Made by a program: the position numbers and the translations under genes
Shown here: piece by piece, positions 41,630-56,729 of the stretch
Layout of the letters: the number at the start of each line of letters is the position of its first letter
Numbering within the stretch: position 1 is the stretch's first letter
Assembly: GCF_009914755.1 (NCBI RefSeq)
Contig: NC_060928.1
DNA: 64,000 nt
Direction: 5' to 3' (one strand)
From: the human T2T-CHM13v2.0 reference genome, Homo sapiens
The notes under the pieces: generated by a model
Seen by the model: only the letters and a program-made list of their open reading frames with translations
Databases searched by the model: none
Told to the model about the DNA's origin: nothing

Positions 41630-42240
41630 TAATTTACTGTTACAAACACTGCTGAAGCCATCCTTGACATGTGTCCTTGTCTCATAAGCAGGAATTTCTG
41701 TAGGGCTGATTTAAAACTGTATAGTTGAGTGGAATTTCCACATTGTAAGGTACGTGTACAATCATTTTTACATGATACCCTGAATTGTTTTCCTAAGTGA
41801 ATACACCACCTATACTTCTCTTAGCTTCAGGAGATAGTTATTCTTTCTTTCGAGCTTTACCAACACTTTGATAGACTCTTATTTCTTAAATTTTGCCAAT
41901 ACATCCAAAGGTGCAAAACAGTACTTCATCATGGTCTATCTTTGACTGAGTCTTTTTTTTTTTTTTTTTTTTTTTTTTACCTATCATGTTTCTGCCTGTG
42001 AAATACTTATTCTTGCCTTACAAACTTTTCAGCTGGGTTGTATGGCTTTTCCCCATTGAATTTTGTATGTATGTTTGTTTATTTGTTTGTTATGATAAAC
42101 TCTGGAGAGAAATATGTACAGTTATATAAACTGCAAATTTCTTCATGTCATCTTGATGAACAGAAGTTCTTAATTTTAATATAATTGAATTTACCAATCT
42201 TTACTTTTATGCTGAATGGGTTTTGTTTGTTTTAGAAAAT
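41630..42240 (-). mobile_element. Old L1ME-like fragment
   Basis: ccaacactttgata...ttttgccaat; tcttgatgaacagaagttcttaattttaat. Confidence 0.55.
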
Positions 42241-44327
42241 ACCTGGTTATACAGATCTTCAATATTTTTGTGTAGATCTACGGATTTAGCAAGTCTTTGA
42301 AGTCATTAGAATCTATCATGGAGATTCTAACATGCATTAGAATAATGAAAGTCTGCGATGAAGCAAATAAAGAAATCTCTACAATAAATATGGGTAAAGG
42401 AAATGGCTCTTATCAGTAATGTATGTTAAGGATTTCCCCCCTGGAAGAATGAGAGATAATAAATTGGAATTTTTTTTCTATATAGTTTATCAGGCAATCA
42501 TCAAACATAAGATATGAGTACATAAGAAATGAGAAGGATTAGTGGTTGGGATAATAAGAGTGCTGTGTTTGGAATGTTGCTTATAAAAATGAGCCTTGTA
42601 GAGAAAAGTTCAGTCAAGCAGGCATTGAAAGGAAATATTAGGGGGAATTTAGTTTAAGTGGAAACACTGAACAGAGATTTCGTTTCTTTAGCTCAAGACC
42701 TATTCAAATCCCTCTACATTTCACAGAGTGAGTAAAACCCACTCAACCTTTCCAAAGGATTATGGTGTTCAGAAATTCTTAACAATGACAGAGAAAAGAA
42801 AAGGGGCTGAAATTTGTCTTGCTTCCAAGAAAGGAGAAAACTTTGACTCCTACACCAGGGGCATTATCCTCTGCCACTTACGTGAGTGAGTAGATGTCAG
42901 ATGCTAAAGGGTAAACTGTTAAAGAAAAGAAAAATACCATACTCGTTTAAGGATGAGAAACCTCAAGTTCAAAATGTGGTACCAGGGACCCAACTACAGT
43001 GTCTTCAATTACTTTTTGAATTTCTTGTCCTCTCTGGGCCTCAGTTACACTGTCTGTAAAATGGATGAACTGGGAGCGTATCGTTCCTTCTGGCTGTAAC
43101 ATGAAACTACTCTTAATAAAAATGCATCTCCCAGCCTGTAATGATCATTGTTTTGCTTTTGGCTTGACTAGCATCTACACTCTTTTCTTAAAATAATGAT
43201 TTAGATTTAATTTGGGAATTGACTGCCCCATTCTGTGTTCATCATAACAGAAATAACTTAAGTGTAGACACTGATGTGTACACTGTACCCCAACATGTGG
43301 TATATGTCTGGCACATGATAGGTGTGTAATACAAATTTGCTAAATATTCGTTGAACAGTGTATTTCAGGTGGGGCTCCATTTTCCACTTCTGAGGAGAAG
43401 GCTGACCCAAGTCTACCTGATAAAAAAAATTTGATGTTTTGGTTTTGTTTTGTTTCTGTCTTTTAAAGGGATGAGTATGTGAGCTAAGTAGGTCTGATGT
43501 GGTTCAAATGTAGGATTCTATTAGCACTATTAAGATAGAATACTCTATTTCTCCTAAATTTGAAGATAATTTCAAAGATTCACTATAAGAAACCTGAGAA
43601 CTTTAGCCAACTCACAGGAAGACAGAACTAAAAAGAGGAGAGAGAAGGAAGAAAGAAGGGATGGAGGCAGAGGAGAAAAAGAGAGAAGAAAGAGAAGGAA
43701 GAGGGAATTGATGATATAGAGCAATGCATGATGTTATAATTTGAACACCTAGATACCTATCCCCAAAGCAAGAGATATCTCACGGACTTTTCAGTTAAAA
43801 GTGGCACTAAATTCTCTAGTCTGTTTAAACCTTTTTGATTTTCTATAATTTGGATTTTTAAAAAAAATCTCAATTTCTTAGAAAACACTTGGGAACCAAG
43901 ATGAAAGTAAAATGCTTTCATTTGAGAAAGGAAAATATTGCAAAGTTTAATAGATAATAACTGACATGAAGAAACTTTTAAATCAATGTTTTATTACAAA
44001 AACAATTAGACTTTGGATCTGGGGGTTAAATAAAACTGCACGCAAATCCCAATTCCATTACATACAGGCAGTGTAGCCCAGTGCAGTGCCTAGCTGCACA
44101 TAGAAAGTGCTTAATTAATTATGCAGAATGAATAAGCCAATCGACAAATAAACTTGGCAAGGATCCATAACTCTCCTGTAGAACGGGTTATAAAAATGAT
44201 AATAGTGCATTGTAACCTGAATGTTAAGCACCATGCAATTCCTGAGCACATATACAACAATAGCTTCCCTTCCCTACTTCATAGAGATGAAATTGAGTGA
44301 AAATTAACATATCTACAGCAAGCTCAA

Positions 44328-44445
44328 AATAAGAGACAGAGAGAGAGAAAGAAAGAAAACAAAGGAAGAGAAAGAAGAAAGGAAGGGAGGGAAGGAGGGA
44401 GGAGGAAGGAAGGAAGGAAGGAGGGAACTAAGAAAGCAAGCAAGC
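44328..44445. repeat. (GGAA)n-like purine tract
   Basis: Direct observation. Confidence 0.8.
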
Positions 44446-47400
44446 CCATTGCCTCCGAACATACTTGTAGCAATACAACTAAGCTCAGTGTTTGTGGAAA
44501 GGAGTTTGCATATAATCCTAATACTATGTTCAACAATCTTCTAGAAATGCCATCTACCCTTCCCAGCAGTTCACCCTGAGTCAGCGTCAGTTTCTTTATG
44601 TAGGACTCAGAGCAAAAACAACATTATCACATAGAAGTAGGATTCAGATTATCTGCCATGGGAGAAGTTGGTTTGATATTTCATCTACAGACTTCATCTG
44701 TATACACTTCACCATCCTTTATGGGTGAGCAATGAGGCAGCATTTGCTGTGCTGCATAGAAAATTAAATAGTCTACAGACTGATAAGATCAAAAGCAAGG
44801 AGCTAAAGTGCAAATAGTTACTAGAGGTGTTAAATAAAGTGACATGCTAATTAATATATACACATATTTGGGATACATTTATAGAAGAGTATTGCATGTA
44901 GGGTGTTGCTTTGTGTGTGGATTTTGGCAATAAGTTTGTTTTATCATTTTCTGCTTGTAACCCATGTTTCTGAATTATTTTTAACAAAGCAGTTGTAAAA
45001 TTGCAAAGTGTAGATGTGTCAATGTGCTTTAAAAATAGCCTGTCTTGGAACTGAAAATATATGATTAAGAAAATAAAACCAGACTTGTAATAGAATGAAG
45101 TTGATTTAGAAGATTTTAGCAAGCAGGCTGGGATAGACAAGCATCCTCCGTTTCATTCTATAAATGACACAGAGAAGCAATGAGAAAATTGTTTCCTGAA
45201 GTGGCAGGCCAAGTCTTCATTCATGCCTGTACCATCGGGAAATTTATCTAGGTACATAAATGCCTTGTGGGGAATTAGGAGTAGGCCAGGAGGCAATGCC
45301 AGACCCCGGTTTAGTGCTTCTATCTATATAATTCTTCTTACAATACCAATAAGTGTCACTAAAACCCATCACAATTACCTTGCACTCTTTAAAATGACAA
45401 GTCTATGTTTTAGAGAACTATTTCTTCAAATATGGTCCAGGGACAGCCTCCCTCACAATCATTTAGAATGCTACTTTAAATTGCAGTTTCTGAGTTCCAC
45501 GCCAAGCCTGTGTCACCTCTGGTACTGCCCTGAGGACAGCTGCAGTGGAAAATTTGTAACTTTAAAACCATTATCAGAGGAAATATGATGCAGTGCTGTG
45601 TAGTGATTAAGGAAAAATATTAAAACCAACTTTTCGGGGGTTTGAAGTCAGGTTAACGCTGTGAAACATTGAGCAAGTTACTTAACTTCATTACGCCTCA
45701 GCTCCTGGTCTTTAAAATAGGCACAGGTACAGATTATATAATAATACCGACATTACACATATATTATGAAAATTAAGTAAATCAATAGTGTAAGCAGTTT
45801 AGAGAAGTGCTAAGAACTAAACACATATTAAAATTAATTTGGAATTTGCCACATAAGAGAATTCTATTAATCCAAACAGTTTTCCCATTCTCTCCCATTG
45901 CCTCATAGTATTTTCTTCATTTTGATTACAAGCTTTCTGAGTTAAAAGACTATGTTGATTTGTTCACTCCCTTACACAGTTCCTGAGATATTACACTGTA
46001 ATTTTTAAAGTTTGATTCATTTTAATACTGTCCTTTTCCCTTGTTAGAACCAAAGGCAAAGGAACAATGTTTAAAAGCTTTCCATCTCATAAAAAGTTAA
46101 CCTTAGCATCTTAGACCAAAAAAAGGTTGTGAACTCTTCAAACACAGAAAGGTTTTAGATTGTATTAGAACTATTTTTATGCAACATAGGCTTGTGTTTC
46201 TTTATCTCATTGTTGCTTTTCTTTTTTATTTTTTTAACATAAAAATAGAAGGTCTCTCATAGTCTCATCTCTGCTTGCCTTCCCTCATCGGTTGCTATGG
46301 CCCTCCATTTTTGGGCTAAGCTCCAGGCACGTTGAAGTACTTCTATTTTCTACCAAGTGCCATGAGCTCTCTTAGCTGAGAGTCACTAAACATACTGCAA
46401 TTTCTACCTGAAAAACCTTCCCCAGAATCTTCCCCTTCTCTGTTCTAAATGGTTTCTCAGTGGGTCTGGGTTTCTGTCAACTCCATGGAGCATCTTGCTG
46501 ACAGGAGCCTTCTCTCATTCATCCCTAAGTCACCAGTGCCTGGTAGAGGGCACATTTCTATTGAAGGAAGGAAGGAACAAGGGAAACTGCAGCCTATGAT
46601 TCTTCCAATTTGCTTGCATTCTCCAGTGGAGCATCTGCATGAATATTAATCCAGATTGTTACCCACCAGACACATGACTCTGGATGTGCTACAGGCAAGA
46701 CTGGATAGATAGAAAGTGACCAGGCTGAAGAACATTCAACCAGGGAGAGCATTCCAAGAAAGCCCTACAGAAGCTCCAAGGCTTCACCTAAGCTAGCCTC
46801 TATAGTCACTCTACCACACTTCTATTGCACTGTCTCTGTTGCGGGCTAAGGTCAGGGCCAGCCCAGATTCAATGGAAGGGGACTACAAAGAGCATGCATG
46901 AATACAGGATTCTTGATTCATCAGTGAGGAGGGGGAAGATCTTTTGGAGGCAACACATCAGACTCTTGCTCATCTTTTTCTGCCCCTTCAGATATGTCAA
47001 AGAGAAGAGGAAGTGTGTCATGTGAAGACTAAAGAAACTTTTAGATCTGCTCCATCTGGGTTCACAGCCTGACTCCATCAATGACCAGCCACGTTATATA
47101 TATATTTTTCCCTGATACTATCTCTCTAAGGGAATTGACAATACCTGCTGATATTGTAGGGTTATTGTGAGAATTAAAAATAAAATGGGAACAGCTTTTG
47201 CTGTAAAGTAGACCGTGGGCAAATGGTGGTTATTGTTCACATTATTTTCAAAATCTAAGAAATAAAAACTTATTTAACATGAGAAAGAGACGAATCACAA
47301 GATTTCACCTATTTCCCCCTCTAAAAAAATCTCTAAATCAGCTCCACTCTGAATGTCATTAAACAGCATAAGAATATATATTTTCACCTCAGTTTCAATT

Positions 47401-48342
47401 TATTTTATATACAGGCAGCCCTTAAGTCTAAGATAAAATCAATAAAGTTTAAATGCTTTATTGATTTCAATCTACCAACAACAGTGAGTAGCCAGAAACT
47501 TGCAAATATTCTTTATCCAGATGAATTGTTAATAATACAGATTACCAAAAATATTTGGTCTTTAAATCATAAAATTACATGCCTTTTGCTAACTCATGAA
47601 AATGCCTTGCCTATCTAGAACTTCTGCACCCATCAGCTTTTACAATTTTTTTATGAGAAAATATTGGTAATTCTTCTTCTCCCTTTATTTTTTCAGGAAA
47701 TTTAGATCTGAGATTAAGTGACTTGACCAAATTCATTCCACAAGTTAATGGTAGGGAGAGGATTAGACTATGTCACTAATTGAGTTTGTGACACTGTTGC
47801 TAGAGTTCAAACTGCTATACTAGCTCCTTCCAGATGTTTCCAAAAGTAAACAGACAGTGCTTTGCAAGGCACCATTCTACTTTAGCCATCAGGTATTATA
47901 TTTTGATTAGATAAGCAAGTAAAAGTCTTGGGAAGACAAAAGGCAAGAGCACATTCTGATAGCATTTCTGAGTTAAATCAGAATCACCGACCCCTGAAGA
48001 AGGTTTGTTTTGAGCCTTATGGCAAGATGAATTTCCGATAATTCAGTGTTCCTCAAAGCTAGCAAAAATGTTCATACGTCAACTAATGTAAATCTCCTGT
48101 TCTGGAGCAAAATCCACATACACTTCAATACAACAATAGAACTTTCTCTTTTTAAAATAGCTAGCAAAAAGTTTCTCTTGGTTCTGTTCATAACATAGAT
48201 CATGACATATCTAGTCTTGTATCTAGAAAACACTTTCTTTGCCATCTTTCCCAGTTTTCTTCTTCTAAATATGGAGAAACAGAAATTCAAAGTCCTTGCC
48301 CAGTACTGTCTCCCAGCGTTAACTTTACCTCCAGTCACTACT

Positions 48343-48675
48343 TGATATGGTTTTGCTGTGTCCCTACCCAAATCTCATCTTGAATTGTAGCTCCCATAAT
48401 TGCCACATGTTGTGGGAGGGACCTGGTTGGAGATAATTGAATCATGGGGGCAGTTTCCCCCCCCATGAGATCTGATGGTTTTATAAGGAGAAACCCTTTG
48501 CACTTGGCTCTCATTCTCTCATCTGCTGCCATGTAAGACGTGCCTTTTTCCTTCTGCCATGATCGTGAGGCCTCCCCAGTCATGTTGAACTTTAAGTCCA
48601 TTAAACCCCTTTTTCTTTACAAATTACCCAGTCTTGGGTATGTCTTTATCAGCAGTGTGAAAACGGACTGATAGA
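48343..48675 (+). mobile_element. THE1 (C-like) MaLR solo LTR with a small internal deletion
   Basis: tgatatggttttgctgtgtccctacccaaatctc ... cagcagtgtgaaaacggact; TSD ctact/ctacc. Confidence 0.9.
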
Positions 48676-50077
48676 CTACCACATATTTCCTGGCTGCACT
48701 ATAGACTCTATCAGGCACTCCCTAAAATGTTTTCAATGTATATTAATAATATCCATCTAAATGTTATAGTATCAATATATCAACAATGTCTGAGAGTTTT
48801 ATAAAGACAGGAGCCATCTTTTCATCTTTAATTCCCAGTTCCTCTCACGTTGTTTGCTAGATAGAAGACATTCAGAACATGCATGCTAATTGAAAGAATG
48901 GAGAATGCCTGAAGTTGTACCTCAACCTTACTACCAGTAGAAAAGACAAATAATTCTATCTGTACAGCTGAAATTTTTACATATGAAGGCGTATCGTGAG
49001 GAACTGACTTCTCAGGCAAAATAAACCCTCTGACCAAATAGGTCATCATTATTAAGAAATCCCTCCTTTTGGGGGCACAGCTTTTAAAAGCAGCAGGGTG
49101 GTGGGGTTTCTTCTGCATCCTGCTTATGTGGTTAGAGATCTGTAAGAGGGCTAGATTGTCTTCTATGTGGAAGGAAGTGCTGCATCTTCTCCCTGCATTT
49201 TTCCGGAGTCATGCTCAGGGTTTAGTGGTCTTTCAAGAGCACGCTCTCCCTTGGCTGGCTCCATTTTACTCCATTCTCTCTAGGACCGGTGGATAAGTTC
49301 TTATCACATGACAATGGCAAGTAAGATTGCAACTGGAGGTCAGAGAGGGGAATGAAAATAAAATGTAGGATCAGAAAGGAAAAAAAAAAACATCTTTTGT
49401 CATTATGACCTGAACCACTGAAAAAGTGAAAAACAGCTCTGTTAACAACCAGAGTGAAGTGTTTGCAGGAGAACATAAATAATGCTCACACAAGGCAAAG
49501 CCTACGACCACACTGACCATGTTTGGATGAGATATAGACAAGGCTCCTCATGACCACAAAATCGACAATGATTAATGTGAAATTCTGCAACTAAGTGTCC
49601 TCATCTCCTGATGTATGCTGTCTTTTTCAAGTGATGGTTGCCCCTGTATGTATGGCAATTCAAACCCCACTTTATTTCTCCTGCCTCTTAGATAAAATCT
49701 GCTATGATTTCCAGTCATTAAATTCTCACTTTTTGATTAGCTCTTAATACAAACTGGTTCCACTTTCCCCAATCCTGCTTAGAAACCTCTAACCCAAGTC
49801 CAAATCCTATAAGAAGCTTCTCCCAATTCTCCCTTTCTACCTAGGTTCCCCTTGGGTGCATTCTTTCTTCCTGCAGCAGGCTGAATAACTTAAACCTTCT
49901 TAAACAGCAGTTCCAGGGACATTTAGAGGTGGGTTTCCACACTGTGTTCTCTATGTCACACCTCATTCTCCAATGGTGATAGCAGTTCCACATCATGGGG
50001 TTCTGGGTCCTTGCCTAGCTATAAATCAAAATTATACATGCTTTTCTACAGGATTTTTGTGCTTCACAGTATATCTC

Positions 50078-50902
50078 CTATCTTACTTGGCTCAGGCTGC
50101 TTTAAAAAAAGAACATGGTAACCATCATTGTACTCTTTATCTACTTAAATTCAATTGTTTTAATTTTTAACTTCCACAAATAAATGAGAACATGTGAAGT
50201 TTGTTTTTGTGTGCCTGGCTTATTTCACATATCATAATGTCCTATAGTTTTGTTCATGTGGCTTGGAAGGGTAGTTAGGGGTCGGGGGAAGTAGAGATGG
50301 TTAATAGACACAAAAATATACTTAGAATGAATAAGATATAGTATTTGATAACAAAACACTGTGACTACAGTCAACAATAATTTGTTGTACATTTTAAAAT
50401 AACTAAGAGTATAATTGAATTGTTTGTGATTCAAAGAAAGGATAAATGCTTGAAGTGATGGATACCCCGTTTACCTTGATGAGATTATTATGCTTTGCAT
50501 GTCTGTATCAAAATATCTGATTTGCCCCATAAATATATATACCTTATGTATCTACAAAAACTAAAAAATGTGCCATGGACTGGGTGGCTTCTAAATAACA
50601 GAAATGTATTTCTCCCAGTTCTGGAGGCTGGAAGTTAGAGAACAGGATGCCAGCATGGTTGAGTTCTGGTGAGGACACTCCTCTAAGCATCAAACTGCCA
50701 AATTCTCTTTGGATCTTGACATGGTAGAAGGAGAGCTGGCTAGCTTTCTAGTCACTTCTTAGAAGGACACTAATCCCATTAATGAGGGCTCCACCCTCAT
50801 GAAATAATTATCTCGCTAAAGTGCAATCTCCGAATACTATCAGTTTGGGATTAAGGCTTCAGCATATGAATTTTGGGAGACACAAACTTTCAGTATATTG
50901 CA
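50078..50902 (-). mobile_element. MLT1A-like LTR split by the L1MA insertion
   Basis: tcaggctgctttaaaaaaag..catgg | actgggtggcttctaaataacagaaatgtatttctcccagttctggaggctgg ... catatgaattttgggagacacaaac. Confidence 0.75.
50117..50568 (+). mobile_element. 5'-inverted L1MA (L1MA2-like) 3' fragment inside an MLT1 LTR
   Basis: 50117-50259 is antisense L1MA and 50260-50568 is the sense 3' end; the two pieces are adjacent in the consensus. Confidence 0.78.
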
Positions 50903-51746
50903 GTCTCATTCGTTGAAAAGTTGATGAGAAAAAAGACGAAATTGGTGATATTCAGAATCAAACAGCATCCTGAACTGTAAGGATCAGCAGTTTCTTTCCA
51001 TTTGTCCTGCTTTTCATTCTTCTGTCTTTGGTTGGGAGGACCAGATTAAGAACTTTAGAGGTGGAATACCCTAAACATATTCCTGTTTCCTTTTATTTGT
51101 TGCTGCTCAGCTCTTTCCACGAGCACTTGCTTAGTCTGAGTATCAGTTAATCAGCCCACGCTGCTGTACAAATTGAGAGGAATTTTGCTAATACTGCTGT
51201 GGTAAGGTCATATCCTCCAGACTGGGGGATAAAATAGGACAGAGCAAAACGCTCCACTTGACCTTGGGCCTAAGCTACTGCACCTTTTTAACTGTGAAGC
51301 ACTGTGTGGACCTGAGGCATGTGTTTTTGTGTGTGTGGAGGGAGAAGAGAGATTATTTGATACTTGATTAGCCACTGACAAAATGATTTGATTGTAAATA
51401 GAAGGGAAAGGGAGTGAACGTGAGATTCTGAATCTGTGATTCTGCAGCTACATGTTGAAAACATACTTCAGAAGGCATTTTGTGTATCAGCAAAGGCAGA
51501 CATTAACCAAATATTCAGAATAATATGTGATTAGTGCTTGTGGGCACATAACAGAAACTAGAGCAAAGGGATTTAATTTAGGGCCTCCCAGGGACATGTC
51601 AGGTGAGATACAGAAAATAGGTAGAAGTTCTACCTATTTACTTTTTAAAAAAACTTTTGCCTCATAAAAAGGCTGAGGGTACACACAGCCTATGTGGTAG
51701 TCAACAAGCAAGGGAGGGCTTTGAGGGGAGGAACAGAGAGTAGCTT

Positions 51747-52071
51747 GCTCTGGTCAGAATGTTATGTCCCCACAAAATTCATATGTTGAAATTCTCACTC
51801 CCAAGGTGATAGTATTAGGAGGTGGGGCCTTTGGAAGATGATTATGTTGCTGGGGGGCACCTCATGAATGGAATTAGTGCCTTTATTAAAGAGGTGCCAG
51901 AGACATCTCATACCTTCGACAATCTGAGGACAGTGCAAGAAGGTGCCATTAGTGATCCAAAAAGTAGACACGAAATCTGCCTTGATCTTGGACTTTTCAG
52001 CTTCCAGAACTATGAGAATAACCTACCCAGTGTATGATATTTAGTTATAGCAGCCTGCACACACGAAGGCA
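51747..52071 (+). mobile_element. MLT1A/A0-like LTR
   Basis: aattcatatgttgaaattc...ttgatcttggacttttcagcttccagaact. Confidence 0.75.
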
Positions 52072-52252
52072 AAGCTCCATCACATGAACAACGAGGCATA
52101 CTTCCTTAGGATAATGCTGAGCCGTGGTAAGGAACATAGACCCCCTTGGTACAGTCCAAATACGAAAACCTTTTGGATAAGGGAAGAAGGCCTCTTACTC
52201 ATCCTCATTTTACTCTCTATCAAAAAAAAAAAAAGGATTTTGCACCGAGTCC

Positions 52253-52283
<31 letters not shown>

Positions 52284-52958
52284 TCTCCCCCTATGCTCGT
52301 CAGCTGTCACATGTCTACTCTTCTTACCTACAGTATTCTTCTTCTCTCCTCATCCCTGGGCTGGTTTCTGACTGCTTGATGCTGGTGTGCCCCCTGTATC
52401 GTAGGTTTGAAATCTCACCTGGTATTTCTCTTTGGTCTCACCTTGCTTGGCCATTCTGGAGCCCTCCAAATGAGATTAGTGTCCTAAGCATCATAGTCAT
52501 GCTCACTGATGCTCAGGATATGTGAGCAAGGCAGCATTCCACATGTGACTTGGGAGTTGAGAGAAATTACTGAAGTGCTCTGCACCCCTGTAAAATAGCT
52601 ACAAAAATCATCCTTTCACGTAATGTTATTGTAAGGATGAACTGAATTGTTTTTTTGTAAAACAATTACAATAATAGCTAGCACATAGTAAGCACTCAAT
52701 AACTGTTATCTCGAGTCATCTGTGAAACAAATCTTTCATTCTGTGCCTGCTCAACATCCATTACCACTTTAGAGAATATTTTTCTCCACTTTAAATCCTT
52801 GGCCTGGTCCTACATCATGATTGCAGGTGAAGACACTTTCCCTAGATCTGGCCAGTTCAAATCGTAATGATTCACTAATGAATGGACCTGACCAACTTGA
52901 AATTAATGAAACTCTACTCTTGGCTTTTTGCCAAAACTGCTAAGAAAAAGAATGCCCT

Positions 52959-53248
<290 letters not shown>

Positions 53249-55681
53249 AAGAAAAAGAATTCCCTGTCTACATTGGCATTGCTAGGTGGAGTGGAATATA
53301 AATTCACCAAGACAGGATTCCCTTCCTGAGAATGAAACTATACAACAAAGCAGACCTGAAGGATGGAGACCAACAGATTCTGACTACCTGTCAGCACTTG
53401 CAAACACCTAAGCAGACATTTCATTTACATTATTTGTTAAGTTAGTGAAATCCCGTGTCTGAGTTTCTTGTCAGTTTAAGTGAGATGTCTTATGTCCAAA
53501 AGAGCTCTAGCTGTCTGACTTCAACCAAAAGCTTTTTGATTTGTGGGATGCTCAAGGAGAGATGGGTGTATGTACAGTGTTCCATAAATTGACCTGGGGG
53601 AACACTGCTGAGCGCAGTTATTATTGATGCATACATTTTATATTCCTTCACAAAGGAAATATCTTTCTCTTCTCACATCAGCTTTGGTCTGTGGCCCTAA
53701 TAACTCACAGTTCCAACTTACCAGAAACCTCTGCTTCTGTTATCCCTCATGTCCTGGGCCCTTTTGTTCTCTTGGGTTATGCTAACTTCTCTAAGTTAGT
53801 ATTTATGCTTCCATTTCAGGCAAAGAAATCCTCACCCTTTGTACCCATTTCCAGTTATATTTCTTCCTTGTTCCTTGCACTCTACCGCACTAATTTAATC
53901 TTTCTCAGATCAAAGGAGAAAAATGTTTTATTCAAACTTCAACTAAGACAACAGAAGGATAGTTTTGGCCACCAGAGAGGCTGAAAATGGACTGAAAAGG
54001 AAAACAGGAGCATTAAGCAATACTAAAAATACAACCAGAATCAGTAAGAAGAAACCACTGATATAAGTGAAATGAAGAACAAGATGGGCAAGGTATGTCA
54101 GTGCATTATGGAAAATTAAATAAGACATCCACCTTAGATTTCTGCTATAGTGAAAATAGAAGAAAATGCATTCATCAAAAAGGTAGACATACTTGAAGGT
54201 GGGCAAATGAATCCAGAAACTTGTAGCACTGAAATCAGAATCAGTCAAATTAGCAGTTGTATTTTTGTCCACTCTGTTCAGAGACTAGTGAGAAGAAAAG
54301 TCTTGCTTTATCTACATAACTTCTAAAAGGATACACAAAGGCTGAGTTTTCCTTCATTAAGAGCTATGGAGTCATTCTGACCTCACTTTGATTCCCTGCT
54401 CTTTCACCTACTAACTGCATGACTTTGGAGAATGTACTAGACCTCCTTGGCAATCTACATGTATAATAGAAAAATGATTGTCATCATTGCCTGACTCTGA
54501 GGGATGTTATCAGAACTAAACATGACACTGAATATGAATATATTTTCCAAATAATGAAGTACCAGAAACATAGTAATTATGGATTTTAGTAGTATTATAA
54601 TTACTGCTATTATTGGGTGGTACAACAATCAAAGCACAGAATCAAAAGATTTCAATGAATCTCTATCAGGCAGATTGTTTCATATCTCTCTGTGTTAGTG
54701 GGCACATTCTTTTCAAAATGACAAAAACAATGCATTAGAAATTTGAATCACTTTTTTTCCCAAGGGGAAGGTACTGAGTTTATGATGATTGATTGTGACC
54801 TTGAAAACATAATTATTTCAATGGTGCTGAAAATGCAATTTATTCTTTTCTGTATTTAGGACAGGTGGAGGAGTTTCACACTGATGTGCAGAAATAGTGA
54901 GAAGGCACCTGCAATTCAAAATAAATGTGAGACCATTGTAGATCCATAGAGCTAATTCTCTAACTGTGCCTTGCAAATAGGTTCAAATGTGCATCTTTAA
55001 AGTATCCACATTTTTGATCATATAGGTTATTTATTATTGAATTTTGTCAACCAGTAAAGTAAGAGAAAAATCAAAGGGATCCCTATGCCTAAGTATTTCC
55101 ACCTCAGTTTGATGTGACCCCACCAGAGATCTTCCACGTTACAGACTCCAAAAGACTGAGAGAAAAATAAAAATTTTCAATCCTTACTATATAGTATAAG
55201 TACATTATTTCAGACATTTCAGGGTAGAAAGTGTAAGTCCAATATTTACTGGATTTCCCTTCTCAAAGTTAACAGCAACTATTTTGGGTCTGAGGTTTGT
55301 ATTTATAAATTTGAAACACTAATACATTCTTTGCAGACTCATATTTGTAATGAGCTCTATACATAATAGATGTTCAGTATGTGGTAATTATTATTAGTAG
55401 TACTTCCAAAACTGAGAACCAAAAAGACATTATCTAACGTTGTATACCTCTGACCTTTACGTAAACTAGAATGTGATTTACTTTTGTAATCTTGCAATAA
55501 AGAGTAGTACTTCTTCTTGTTGTCTTAAGGTGCTATACAATCTGACTCTACCTAACATATCCAACTTCAGAGTCTCTGTGCGTTTTCATCTAGTCCATTC
55601 ACTTTGAAGCATGGGACTTCCTTTAACACAGACCCCTGAGCTCCTATCCATTCCATGCCCTGCACATTCCTGACTCAATGA

Positions 55682-56101
<420 letters not shown>

Positions 56102-56178
56102 ATCTTTATGTCTCCTTTAGGAACAGAAAATGGTGAAGTGAAAACAATCAACTTTTTAGAAGGTAGAATAGGGGTCAG

Positions 56179-56727
56179 TGTGAGAGATAGAATAATGACC
56201 TTCCAAAGATATTCATATCCTAATTCAAGGACCCTGTGAATCTTTATATTACATGGTGAAGGGGAATTAAGGTTTCAAATAAAATAAAGTCATTAATAAA
56301 CTGACTTTGGGATGGGAGATTATCGAGACAGGCCCAATATAATATCACAAGAGTTATTAAATAGAAGAGGGCAAGAGATACTCTCAAAAGGACGATCATG
56401 AGGGTCCTTAAAAATGGAAGAGGAGGCCAGAAGAATCAGCGTCAGGGTGATGCGTCATGAGAAATGATTGATCTTTGCTGGTTTCAAAGATGGAAAGGGG
56501 CAATGAACCCAGTAATACACGTGACTTTTAGAAGCTGGAAAAGACAAGGAAATGGATTCTCCTCTAAACTCTCCAGTAAGGGATGCAGCCCTTATATCAC
56601 CTTGACTTTAGCCCAGTAAGATCTGTTTGTGACTTCTGACCTCAAGAGCTGTAAGACCTAAATCTGTGTTGTTTTAAGCTATCAACACTGTGGTAATTTG
56701 TTATAGAAGCAACAGCCGACTTACACA
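56179..56727 (+). mobile_element. MLT1D-like LTR
   Basis: agaagctggaaaagacaaggaaatggattctcctcta...gacttctgacctc...gtggtaatttgttatag. Confidence 0.75.
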
Positions 56728-56729
56728 GC

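Noticed and set aside
54840-54900. Strong-looking splice acceptor as evidence of a host exon
   Set aside because: An isolated acceptor-like motif is common; no supported donor or reading frame.
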